The position numbers and the translations under genes are program-made. Shown here one piece after another: positions 28,901 to 36,943 of a stretch of 64,000 nucleotides of DNA. The stretch is from the NCBI GenBank assembly GCA_964016885.1, contig OZ024740.1, positions 321,098,001 to 321,162,000 of the forward strand, written 5' to 3'. Within the stretch, counting starts at the first letter, position 1; every line of letters starts with the position of its first letter. This stretch comes from Eledone cirrhosa (Eukaryota). The notes beneath the pieces are model-generated. The model made no database searches and was not told the origin of the DNA. It worked only from the letters and a program-made list of their open reading frames with translations.

Positions 28901-29340
28901 CCTCTAGGTTGCCCTCTGTCTCCAAGTTTGACTAACTATAAAGACTACTAGGGAGGGAATTTCTGTTTATAACTATCACTTTATTTCATTTTCTGGTGAG
29001 GATAAAATCTATTTGGTTGGCATGCTCACCTGATCTATAGGTGATAAAGATGCCATCATCATCGTTTAATATTCATTTTCCAAAGGGCAGTCCCTTTGTG
29101 AGAGATCAGGTCAGAGGACCTTCTCGATTATTTTCAAAATTTTTTGAAAATCATAGGCAATATCTTCCATTAGACATATAGATGTAAAAGGGTTAAAAGA
29201 TACTTACATTTGCGGTCAAAATCATTGAGGAAGACTTGTAGTTTTGCCTGTTGTTGTTCTTTTGTTAAATCCTTCCCTTCGTCTCCATCAGGTAGCTCAG
29301 GTACATTTCGTACTTTCTTTGTCTGTCTTTTATGTGGCAT
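978..29340 (-). CDS. CDCA8: Borealin (chromosomal passenger complex subunit), spliced, 3'-partial; join(29340-29208,24693-24599,22104-22071,17099-17018,15639-15585,15083-15056,12636-12591,10308-10254,10029-10002,6113-6083,4164-4104,1009-978)
   Basis: All introns GT-AG with consistent phases. Translation: [97 protein letters not shown]... This aligns by eye with the human Borealin N-terminal helix ([59 protein letters not shown]). The neighbour is C1orf109, as in human. Confidence 0.9.
1805..2432 (+). mobile_element. RTE-clade LINE 3' fragment with 3' UTR and (GAT)n tail
   Basis: [16 protein letters not shown]...[11 protein letters not shown], then the shared tail AACCCATG..GGACGTTAAACGATGATGATG; same family as 44236-45719. 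Confidence 0.88.
2640..3315. repeat. ~105 bp repeat unit: two direct copies (2640-2820) and two inverted copies (3097-3315)
   Basis: CTGCTCAGGTTTAGCTG..CTCATAGGAGGATACTTGGGTGTTTTAATGAT versus ATTAAAACACCCAAGTGACCTCCTGTGAG..; another copy near 11520-11610. Confidence 0.75.
3336..3350 (-). CDS. CDCA8: Possible 15-nt symmetric microexon of Borealin (LICSE)
   Basis: ttatttgcag|TTAATATGTAGTGAG|gtatgt; frame-neutral, so the reading frame cannot confirm it. Confidence 0.3.
4104..4164 (-). CDS. CDCA8: Borealin coding exon 11
   Basis: tttttttcaag|GAGACAA...AAAACG|gtaaga; [20 protein letters not shown] (basic linker); 61 nt, phase 2 to 0. Confidence 0.75.
5610..6068. repeat. Minisatellite, ~38-42 bp unit AAAATATAGAAAGCTAGGTTAAATGTAGAGTTTATAAGAGAC
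   Basis: About 11 tandem copies abutting the donor of exon 6083-6113. Confidence 0.95.
6083..6113 (-). CDS. CDCA8: Borealin coding exon 10
   Basis: tctttag|ATGATATT...ACATT|gtaagta; [11 protein letters not shown]; 31 nt, phase 1 to 2. Confidence 0.72.
6535..6975 (-). mobile_element. Full-length tRNA-derived CORE-like SINE with RTE-type 3' tail
   Basis: A box TGGCTTAGTGG, degenerate B box, CCTTGAGCAAGACACTTT core, tail shared with the RTE LINE, (GAT)n end. Confidence 0.85.
7001..7312 (+). mobile_element. 5'-truncated copy of the same SINE, inverted relative to 6535-6975
   Basis: Starts directly after (TA)n at GATGTGTTGTTTCCTTGAGCAAG; ends in (GAT)n. Confidence 0.85.
7480..8038 (+). mobile_element. 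RTE LINE 3' fragment inserted into a 34-bp minisatellite
   Basis: ORF 7556-8026 (KGRLYDAC...RRLHWYGHV...RGRPRKPW); minisatellite units on both sides. Confidence 0.88.
8040..8290. repeat. 34-bp minisatellite ACCAACATTACACCATGTATTACATGGATTAACT (also 7390-7475)
   Basis: Near-perfect tandem copies with 34-nt period. Confidence 0.93.
8319..9005 (+). mobile_element. Non-autonomous Helitron-like element, 5' part with internal direct repeats
   Basis: Starts TCTGTATATATATAAAA + (TG)n + ACCGATTTTCATGAAACTTT; internal duplication ~8530-8750 / ~8797-9002; no CTAG end found. Confidence 0.55.
9549..9928 (-). mobile_element. Two tandem Meta-like tRNA-derived SINEs
   Basis: Reverse complement of GGTTAACTTTGCCTTTCATCCTTACGGGGTC..AAAGTACCAG and tail GGCCTTGTGCCAAAAGTAGAAACAATT. 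Confidence 0.8.
10002..10029 (-). CDS. CDCA8: Borealin coding exon 9 (28-nt microexon)
   Basis: atttcag|CCACTTTTAG...GACTG|gtaagtt; PLLENQVMT; phase 0 to 1. Confidence 0.75.
10254..10308 (-). CDS. CDCA8: Borealin coding exon 8
   Basis: ttttaattttag|GAAAAAAAC...AAAAAG|gtgagt; [18 protein letters not shown]; 55 nt, phase 2 to 0. Confidence 0.78.
10335..10600. mobile_element. TTAA-flanked piggyBac-type MITE (family 1)
   Basis: Ends TTAACTTCAGCATTTA / TAAATGCTAAACGGTTAA; homologous to 26772-26984. Confidence 0.7.
11097..11304. mobile_element. TTAA MITE family 1 copy
   Basis: CATTTAAACTGGCCATATCCGGCC...GTAATGTAAATGCTAAAAGGGTTAA. Confidence 0.78.
12250..12548 (-). mobile_element. Degraded RTE LINE 3' fragment
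   Basis: Minus strand encodes [17 protein letters not shown]. Confidence 0.75.
12591..12636 (-). CDS. CDCA8: Borealin coding exon 7
   Basis: atctag|CAACATC...ACATT|gtaagta; [16 protein letters not shown]; 46 nt, phase 1 to 2. Confidence 0.75.
12803..13360 (-). mobile_element. RTE LINE fragment with an internal deletion and 3' tail
   Basis: [24 protein letters not shown]; fused to WRDAVLNRT and the tail; 5' end near a (TA)n run. Confidence 0.85.
13633..13781. mobile_element. Mariner-type MITE embedded in (TA)n
   Basis: TIRs TGAGAGTCGGCTGAATAA / TTTTCAGTCGACCCTCA; related copy at 61738-61933. Confidence 0.7.
14091..14320. mobile_element. TTAA MITE family 2 (other copies ~4190-4406, ~38770-38978, 40056-40959 interrupted, ~63440-63675)
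   Basis: TTAATCCTTTCATAACCATATTTC...GGTTGGTATCAAAAGGGGT; shared internal AT-rich sequence. Confidence 0.65.
15056..15083 (-). CDS. CDCA8: Borealin coding exon 6 (28-nt microexon)
   Basis: tttacag|ACTTTCCAG...TTGTG|gtaagtt; TFQKIAADC; phase 0 to 1. Confidence 0.75.
15585..15639 (-). CDS. CDCA8: Borealin coding exon 5
   Basis: ttttttctctctccag|AAATTCA...GATCCA|gtaagta; [18 protein letters not shown]; 55 nt, phase 2 to 0; required to keep the frame. Confidence 0.8.
16206..16398 (-). mobile_element. Full-length Meta-like tRNA-derived SINE
   Basis: Head GGGCGGTGGATTGGCAGTATCGGTAGAG, B box GAGTTCAAATT, Meta-like core, tail GTAGAAACAATT. Confidence 0.85.
17018..17099 (-). CDS. CDCA8: Borealin coding exon 4
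   Basis: tcttag|CTGGTGGT...TCACT|gtaagta; [28 protein letters not shown]; 82 nt, phase 1 to 2. Confidence 0.85.
17154..17360. mobile_element. TTAA MITE family 1 copy
   Basis: TTAACACTTTAGCATTTAAACTGGC...AATGTAAATGGTAAAGAGTTAA. Confidence 0.82.
17505..17900 (-). repeat. Tandem expansion of the retroposon 3'-UTR module (ATTTTATCGTGGCACCAACACTACCACTTT..GAGTGT)
   Basis: About 9 degenerate copies within a LINE/SINE tail; similar expansions at 23900-24160 and 43390-43620. Confidence 0.75.
17981..20042 (-). mobile_element. Decayed piggyBac (PGBD4-like) DNA transposon with both termini
   Basis: TTAA at 17977-80 and 20043-46; TIRs CCTTTAGCA / TCTTTAGCA. Disrupted transposase: [59 protein letters not shown]. 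Confidence 0.85.
20082..21167 (-). mobile_element. Complete non-autonomous Helitron
   Basis: Minus strand A|TCTATATATATAAAA ... CCCGTGCAACGCCGGG hairpin, TACCACTGCTAG|T; inserted between A and T; internal subrepeats. Confidence 0.88.
20731..20916 (+). mobile_element. Meta-like SINE nested in the Helitron
   Basis: Flanked by direct repeat ATTATAAGGG (20724-33 and 20914-23); B box GAGTTCAAATT. Confidence 0.88.
21169..21569 (+). mobile_element. CORE-like tRNA SINE with RTE tail (core partly deleted)
   Basis: TGGCTTAGTGG...GAGTTCAATTC head; tail near-identical to 6535-6700. Confidence 0.87.
22071..22104 (-). CDS. CDCA8: Borealin coding exon 3
   Basis: tttcag|GCATTACAG...TTTATTG|gtgagc; [11 protein letters not shown] (cf. 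human [11 protein letters not shown]); 34 nt. Confidence 0.88.
24599..24693 (-). CDS. CDCA8: Borealin coding exon 2
   Basis: atttcag|TTGATGAG...CCAAAG|gtgagt; [32 protein letters not shown]; 95 nt, phase 1 to 0. Confidence 0.9.
26772..26984. mobile_element. TTAA MITE family 1, best-preserved copy
   Basis: Perfect ends TTAA CCCTTTAGCATTTA ... TAAATGCTAAAGGG TTAA. Confidence 0.88.
28165..29055 (-). mobile_element. Decayed RTE LINE internal fragment (endonuclease-RT linker)
   Basis: [24 protein letters not shown] motif; multiple frameshifts. Confidence 0.8.
29208..29340 (-). CDS. CDCA8: Borealin first coding exon (exon spans 29349-29208, ATG at 29340)
   Basis: tttattag|GTTAAAACC ATG ... CGCAAAT|gtaagta; encodes MPHKRQ...[12 protein letters not shown]; ends phase 1. 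Confidence 0.9.
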
Positions 29341-29494
29341 GGTTTTAACCTAATAAAGTCAAACTGCTAATTAATATATATTGTACTATTATAGCACTGA
29401 TTAATTCATACAATCATTGTTATGTATAAAGACTACCAGTTGTAAAGCAATTAAATAGAAGCTTTAATATATATATAATTTATATAATAAATAC

Positions 29495-30445
29495 TGGAGC
29501 AGAGTGCTAGGGAGTAGGAGAGTGACTTGGTGGTGGAATAGTAGAGTGGATGAAACAATTAAGGCCAAGAGATAGGCATAGAAAGAATGGCAGAATGGGG
29601 AAAGCGGAGAACATTACCAAAAAGCTAAGAGAGAGGCTAGGTGACAAGTGTACGTTGCAAAGGGGGAAACAGAAAATAAAAAAAGTTTATGCATGTTTTG
29701 TGAGGACCAAAGAAATGAGGTGTTCAGCATTAAAAGGCAGTGTGTCAGGGAAAATTGTGATGATGTTGGGGAGAAGTGTGTCCGAGATGATAATGGTGCA
29801 CTTGTCCCTCATGGACACCGAAAAGAAGGTAGCATTGAAGTGCCATTGTGAAAGACTGATGAATGAGGAGAATGCATGGGAGGAAGATAGTCTGTCCCCA
29901 AGTGGACCCAACAGAGGGATCAGCTGTACAAGTCAGCAGCAGCGTAGTAAGTAAGGTAATTGACGATATGAAAACAGGCAAAACAGCTGGGCCATCGAGA
30001 AGAGTTGCTAAGATGCTGAAGCATCCGAAATGGTAGGACATGTCTTAACCACCAGTATCATGAATCAAGTAATACTAAATGATGTTATATCCAATGACTG
30101 GCATATCATCATCAACTGCTACAAGAGCGGAGGAAACTACCAAGGCATCAAATTGATGGACCAGGTCATGAAAGTTACAGAGTCATTGTACAACTGATTA
30201 GGGATCGAATTAACCTAGATGAGATGCAGTTCGGATTTGTGCCAGGTACCACTGATGCTCTCTTCCTTGTGAGGCAACTGCAAAAATACCTAGCTAAAAG
30301 TAAGCCACTCTATTTGTCATTTGTTGACCTGGATAAAGCATTTGAGAATCCTTCATTCCGTAATCTGGTGGGCGCTTAAGAAACTTGGGTAGCTTGGGAG
30401 GGCATATAAGCCTTGTACAGAGGAGTAGTCAGCAAGGTTAAAGGT
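29495..30445 (+). mobile_element. Decayed RTE LINE internal fragment (linker plus RT N-terminus)
   Basis: NYQGIKLMDQVMKV, MQFGFVPG, TTDALFLVRQLQ, LYLSFVDLDKAF motifs. Confidence 0.85.
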
Positions 30446-30499
30446 AATAATTGTTTCTACTTTAGGCACAAGGCCAGCAATTACCCAGTGCATTACTGG

Positions 30500-30659
30500 A
30501 GTATCATGAATCAAGTAATACTAAATGATGTTATATCCAATGACTGGCATATCATCATCAACTGCTACAAGAGCGGAGGAAACTACCAAGGCATCAAATT
30601 GATGGACCAGGTCATGAAAGTTACAGAGTCATTGTACAACTGATTAGGGATCGAATTAA
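30500..30659 (+). repeat. ~160-bp near-exact duplication of 30053-30212, preceded by a SINE tail fragment (30447-30498)
   Basis: AGTATCATGAATCAAG...GGGATCGAATTAA occurs twice. Confidence 0.9.
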
Positions 30660-31832
30660 AATGACTATAGTGAGAAGCTTAGCATGCAATAAACACGAGA
30701 AGACATACACACAACAGGGCATTGCGATGGGTGATAGCAAGGCCAAGGTATTGAAATAGCCAAGCGCCCTCATGCGGAGCATCATTTGATACTTTAGTAG
30801 GGGGAGGTGATTGCGAGGCTAAAACACTAGAATAACCAAGTACCCTCCCTCGCGCTTAACATCACATGATATTTCAGTAAGACCAGATGATAGCAAGAGC
30901 CAAGCACTCTCGCAAGGATCATCACCTTATACTTCAGTAAGATCACAACGGACAAAGGAGCCGGAATAACCCAGCACCCTCCAAACACCACCTGATACTT
31001 CATTTAATTAAATAGATTAGTAATTAACACTATTAAAACAATCTACTCATATATAAAACAAAGTTTGAGATGAAGAGATCCGGTGCTTCTTCGTAATTAT
31101 CCATCAAAGTATAAGAGTTAGAGTAATTGTCCGTTAGGGTGAAAATTAGAAATAGAATTATGACAACGGATAAAAGAATTTATTTGTTTATGGAGTGCCC
31201 CAGTCTGACCTCAGCCCCTTAGCTGGAATACAAAATAGAAAATAGACAACAAAACATAAATAACATTACAAATTAGTCACAATTCTTTTAGAATGAAAAT
31301 ATAAACATATAACAAATACATTTAACTATTGCTAGGAATCTCACAACTACAACGCACCAAAAGAGAAAGAGAAAAACGACCATCAGTTCACCACCAAGTG
31401 CGACAATCGGCCGCACATTGCAACGGAATATAAGTCAGGTTTGGAGGATAGAGTTAATGTTTGTTGAAATTAGAGTGACAATTAGATTTGGAGTATAGAT
31501 CAGGGGTTTGCTAGGGTCAGAGTTGCATTTATACTTTAAGGTTAGAGTTAGGGGTTGTTAGGGTTTAAAGTTACAGTTAGGTTTAGTTTGTTTCAATTTG
31601 AAATGCAGAGTAGTAACGAAGCACCAGAAATGAATATGAAAACAATTGACGAATATTAATGAAACCGTCTGAACAATGAGGTGTGATAATCTTTCCATTT
31701 TACTGTCAACTGAGTTTCTAATGATTTAAAGTACTTACTTCTTATTAACATATAAATACAATTCATATCTATAAATATGATTTACAAACGAAAGAAATCA
31801 AGAAAAATATTTAAATAGTGAATGACACTTAC

Positions 31833-32035
31833 GTGGGAACTGAAACAGCAGCAGAAATGTTATTTTAGATGAAATAACAATAAAAATGTTATTTTAAGTT
31901 AAAATACAACTAGAATGCTTATTTTTACGATTTAAGGTGAAACACGAACAGAAATGTTGATATTTGTGGAGAAATATCAACAAAAATTTTGGTATTGAAG
32001 TTTTAAAAAATCAACAATGAATGGAATCAGTTACA
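31833..32035 (-). other. CDCA8: Putative non-coding first exon (5' UTR) of Borealin; 5' limit approximate
   Basis: Strong donor CAC|gtaagt at 31833/31832, about 200 nt downstream of the promoter motif cluster. Confidence 0.6.
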
Positions 32036-32037
32036 AG

Positions 32038-32147
32038 TTTGAAAGTCCCCGCCTTAAGATGTTCCAACCGGAAGTCAGATTTTCAGCCAATCAACGGTCA
32101 CGATTTCATCACATGCCTATTCCTATGACTGTGTTCGGAATTGTAGT
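32038..32147 (-). promoter_or_regulatory. Borealin core promoter motif cluster: CHR-like TTTGAA (32038-43), GC/CDE-like CCCCGCC (32047-53), ETS CCGGAAGT (32068-75), CCAAT box AGCCAATCA (32085-93), ZNF143-type ACTACAATTCC (32137-47, minus)
   Basis: Five consensus motifs within 110 bp of non-repetitive DNA just upstream of the first exon. Confidence 0.7.
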
Positions 32148-32594
32148 TACTTGAGACATAGCTAATATCACAGTAGAAAATATACAAAGAAGTATTTTTT
32201 TAAAATCCTGTTTTATTTAGAACAACAATGCAAATTATTAAGTGAAATGAAACTAAAAATATATGTGAAAAATGCAAGCGTTATTAAAATGTCTTGCACT
32301 GACAAGATGTGTTCACTAATGAGAGCGAGAGGGAAACGACGTTATTCTAGAATGTAAGAATGCAACAAGTCATATTCCATATCTAAAAGTTGGTTGAAAC
32401 GTTTGTTTATTCTTTTACTTGTTTCAGTCAGTCGATCGTCGCTATGCTGGACACCAGCTTGACTTATATCTTCCTGTACTTAATTTTTCAAACCTGGTAC
32501 TTATTTTATCGATCTGTTTTTGTCGGACTACTAAATTACGAGACATAAACACAGACAGACACAAATGTAAACACCAGATATTTATACGACGGGC

Positions 32595-33000
32595 TTCTTC
32601 AATTCGGTTTTCGTGCCAACCCTTATCTACGGTCTTGGATAATGACCAAAAGAATACGATCGCGAATACAAGCGGTCGAAATGGGGTTCATTCGAGGGGT
32701 TTTTGACGTTATGTTACTCGATAGAGTGCGTAGCTCGTTTGATCAGAGTCGCTACAGGTTGAGTCACTACTCTGGATTGAGAGATCACAGCTCCGATATT
32801 ATGGGCATGTTAGAATGTCTCGGGAAAGAATCGCTGGACAGATTTTATGGGCAAAACCAACCGGCAGGTAACCCAAAGATAGACTCCGAGCAAAATGGTT
32901 AGATAACATCTATGAGCTCGGATGGTCTCGTTTTTGGGATCTAGCCGGACAAATTGGAGACAGTTAGAAGGCGTACTTGAGTAATCTGCTCCCAGGAACA
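32595..33000 (+). mobile_element. Second RTE-type LINE family, 3' fragment (also 34962-35480 plus, 24325-24565 minus)
   Basis: SVFVPTL..MTKRIRSRIQAVEMGF..IERSQLRYYGH motifs. Confidence 0.8.
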
Positions 33001-34419
33001 TGTGAGCAAAGGAGGAGGGCAGTTTCCGTCTACCAAATACCATTTAATGCCGAAGCACTTGCCCAAGCCGACACCTGTCCAAGGTACTGCACAGCACTAC
33101 AGAACCCCGAACTAACTTGTCGCGAAGCCAATTTCCTAATCACTCAACGATGCCTTATTATTTTATTCTTTTACTAGTGCATACATTAGACTGCGGCCAT
33201 ACTGGGGTACTGCTTGATTTTTTTTTTTTTTTCACAGACATGAAAAGAAAAGAGTTATATACAAGAAATATATTATCTTAAAAAAAACATTATGCACAAC
33301 ACATTGTTTATTAGAAGATTTAAGATAAATTTCATGGAAATATGATTTCAGTTTTATAATTTTTTTTTTTTGAAAGCTAAATGTCTTTATTTTGTATATA
33401 ATTACAAATAATTAAAAAGGAGATAGAAAAAAGGAAAGGTAAAAAGAAAGAGAAAAAAACACACAACCAGGTAATACATACATCTAGGACCACATACAAC
33501 AAAAGGCAGGCGAAAGGAGTGGACAAACGAACCGCTACCAGAGCAAAAGATAACAAAATCGCGAGGAGCATTGGGAAACCTCTCTAATAATTTTTTAGGC
33601 TAGCCAGTACACTCGCCGCATTACCTCGGGTGATGGCGAGGCTGATGCGCTGGAACAACCAAGCGCCCTCACGAGCCTCACCAGTTACCTGTTAGGCGAG
33701 CCGCCAGTTTGGGGGAATTGGGCTACTGGCTGCGAGGTTCTTGTCTCCACTGGCGGTTCGCCTAACAGAGGTTTAATAATTAGAAGCCAAATTTAATCCC
33801 AAACAAATACATGTCATGGGAATTAGATTGGTCATTTCAGTTATATTCTACATCTTGCTTGACATAAATAGCAATGCTATATTAAAATGTCCCTGTACAC
33901 GGAATCATAGGGGTGGTTATCTTTTAATGGGGAGACAACAATCTCTGAAACACGTAAAGAAACTCTCTTGTTTTTTGTGTAATAGAGGGAATAGTGGAAA
34001 GCGTGTTTACATTTCATTCTTTTCACAACGAGAAAAATGTAGTTATTATATCCAAATTAATTTTATCTTGATCTTATATTATTTCCTTTTTGTTCAAAAA
34101 GAAGAAATACATTGACATTAGGTTAGGTGACGTATTTTTGTAGCAATAACCACTAATGATAAGGGAGTATCTGTGCAGAACAAATACCGTTCGTAAAGGA
34201 CCGTTTTTTGTTGATGTTTATATACATTACCCGAAACACACGTATATAATAATAATACTGAAACGAAGTCATCGGATAGGACCGATATACCTTCGATCAC
34301 TTCCCACTCACTCAGTGCATTAATTAAGCCAGTATCATCAAAATACCAACCAAAAGGAAAGCAGAGTGTATACTAATACATTAAATATCTATATTTATAT
34401 ATAATTATCTATAACTATA

Positions 34420-34857
34420 TCTACATATAATATAAAATATTGGAACGTCCATCATCCTTTTGCGAAACGTGGACCCGCTACTTCTATGCAATGGCACACA
34501 TTTTACAGCCAGGGGGATAACGAACCATCTCCTAGAGGTCGCTATTCTTGGGGGCAATCATCAAGGATAAAATGCATTTATTGCCAACATTTCTCTTATC
34601 CCTTCCTCCACTGAGTTGCCTTTCAAATTCTCAAGATCAGTTCCCTGTTAGATCCAGTTTTGTTAAGACCGTACATAATGCTCAAGCTTAGAGTATCAAA
34701 GTTGTAGAATTGAATACAAGAGAATCGCTTTTTACCCATGGACAGTTATATGTAGGTTGTTCACGAGTGGAAACACCTAAAAATCTTCATATACTATGCA
34801 CGAACGACCTGTCTTCTCTTCTCTGTTTATTCGGGCGAAGCTGGGTACGTCAGCGAG
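34420..34857 (+). mobile_element. Internally deleted Helitron with a PIF1-helicase remnant
   Basis: 5' TCTACATATAATATAAAA; encodes ELPFKF..QFPVR and LFTHGQLYVGCSRV; degenerate 3' hairpin CGGGCGAAGCTGGG. Confidence 0.75.
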
Positions 34858-35624
34858 CGTCGTGTTAATCGTAAACTGGGTGTATAATACATTATATAAC
34901 CAGTGATCAAAGACGTTTCTTCCGTTATATTGTCTATGTAAGTTATATTGTCTGTGTAAGTTCAAGTATCACGGGGCCATGTTCACGAATGATGGAAGGC
35001 AGGATGCTGAATTGAGTGCAAGAATTGCAAAAACTGGTGCAGTAATGCGCCAACTTCAGCATTCAGTAATCAGAAGAAGGGAGTAGTCGTAAAAGACAAA
35101 CTCGTCTTCAATTCGGTTTTCGTGCCAACCCTTACCTATAGTCATGGATCTTGGGTAACGAACTAAAGAATACGATCACGAATACAAGCGGCCGAAATGG
35201 GATTTCTCCGAAGGGTTTATGCACTAACGTTATTCGATAAAGATCAGAGTCACTCCAGGTAGAGCCGCTACTTCTCCGAATTGAGAGATCACAGCTCCGA
35301 TACTATGGGCATGTTGTTGGTGGCAGACCCCGAGCAACATGGTTGGATAACATCCATGAGCTTGGCTGGTCACGCTTGGTTATCCAGTCGGATCAATTGG
35401 AGATGGTTGCTTCTGATAGGACTTGCAGGAAGGAGTGTTTGAGGACTCTTCCTCCATGATCCTTTCAGGAATGAAGAAGTAGACAATAATGGCCTATTTA
35501 GTTGCTATTTTTACTAGGTCGAAGTGCGATAGGAAGGCTCGAACAGAAAATTGTATCATGATTTATAATAAAGGGTCTAAGCTGTCTGCTTAGTTTGGTA
35601 GAAATGGTTGCTATCTGTCACACT

Positions 35625-36005
35625 CAATAATAGGTGCTTTACTATTCCAGTACCTTAGTCTCGTTATCACTGGGTTTTACTGAAGTATTAAGTGGTGCTC
35701 TTGGTGATGGTGCTTGACTATTCCAGCATTTTAGTCTCGCCATCACTCGGTCTTACTGAAGTATCAGGCGAAGCAGCTATTGAAGGTACTTGGCTATTCC
35801 AGCACCTTAGTCTCGCCATCACTCGGCCTTGCTGAAGTATAAGGTGAAGTAGCTGGTGAAGTTACGTGGCTATTCCAGTACCTTAGTCTCATTTCTAGCC
35901 AACTCTACTGAAGTATCGGATGGTGCTTGGTTATTTCAGCGCCGCAGTTTACTGAAATATCAGGTGAGGGGGTTTGGCTTTTACAGCGCTTTAGCCTCGC
36001 TATCA
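35625..36005. repeat. Degenerate ~65-70 bp tandem repeat; an inverted related array lies at 30720-31002
   Basis: GGTGCTTGACTATTCCAGCACCTTAGTCTCGCCATCACTCGG..TACTGAAGTATCAGGTGA. Confidence 0.75.
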
Positions 36006-36799
36006 GTTTCGGAAATGTCGTGTCTTGGATTGCCTCAAACACTTTTAGAAAGAAGCACTAGCATTCCCTGTTGTAGTGTGTAATTGAATGCGTACTCTCA
36101 GGTTCCCAAAATGGGGTGAGGGTGGGGCAGGAATAAGCAGGTGCGTGTCGGAAATCGTTAATTTTTCTAGGCTGTTTTCGTTGATGTTTTTAAAAACCAG
36201 AATTAGCCGTTTAGTTTACTTATTGAGACCCCACCTTCCAACCCATCCTATTTATTTTATAAAGTATGAGATTTCTTGTAATGTTCTTTTTTGTCATGTA
36301 TAATGTTTTTAAATGTATAAAGAAAATTAAATGTCGCATGAATGATATCACTTGAACTAAAATTTCGGAGATAGATTAGCAAAATTTAACAAGCGGGGGT
36401 GGTGGAAAAAAATCTGAAAAATTAATTAATATGCGGGTGAGGGGCGTATTCGAGACCCGAGAGTATGTCTTCAAACGTTTTTTTTTTTTTTTAAATTTCT
36501 TTATTTTTCTGATTAATTTTATATAAATCATATTTATACATAAATAAAATTTGGTTTCAATATAGGAATGTAAAGGGACGTAACTAATAGAGGTAAGGAT
36601 TTCATCCAGCACTCCACCGTTTTTGCTACTCAACAAATCCTACCTTAGCTGTTTATGTCATAATATGAACCCCGAAAAGGAAGAAATTATTCAGAACTTT
36701 CCATTGATAGTTCATTTAGAATTTTTAAGTTTCCAGAAACTATTTAAAATTATTATTCTATCGAGGGAAAATTTCTGAAATTTTTTTGAAATTTTCCCG

Positions 36800-36943
36800 A
36801 ACCTGCGGTGTGGCTGGTGTATATGTGAACGGCTATTCGCTTATTCTGTTATTCTGCCACGAGCATTTGCTATTCTATATTAGCTGGCTCCGCGCAGAGT
36901 AACTTTCCCCAAGATTGGAAAAGTTTATCCACATTGTTGGAAG
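36800..36943 (+). other. C1orf109: Putative non-coding first exon of C1orf109; 5' limit approximate
   Basis: Locally CpG-richer unique sequence ending in a strong donor AAG|gtaaga at 36943/36944. Confidence 0.5.
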
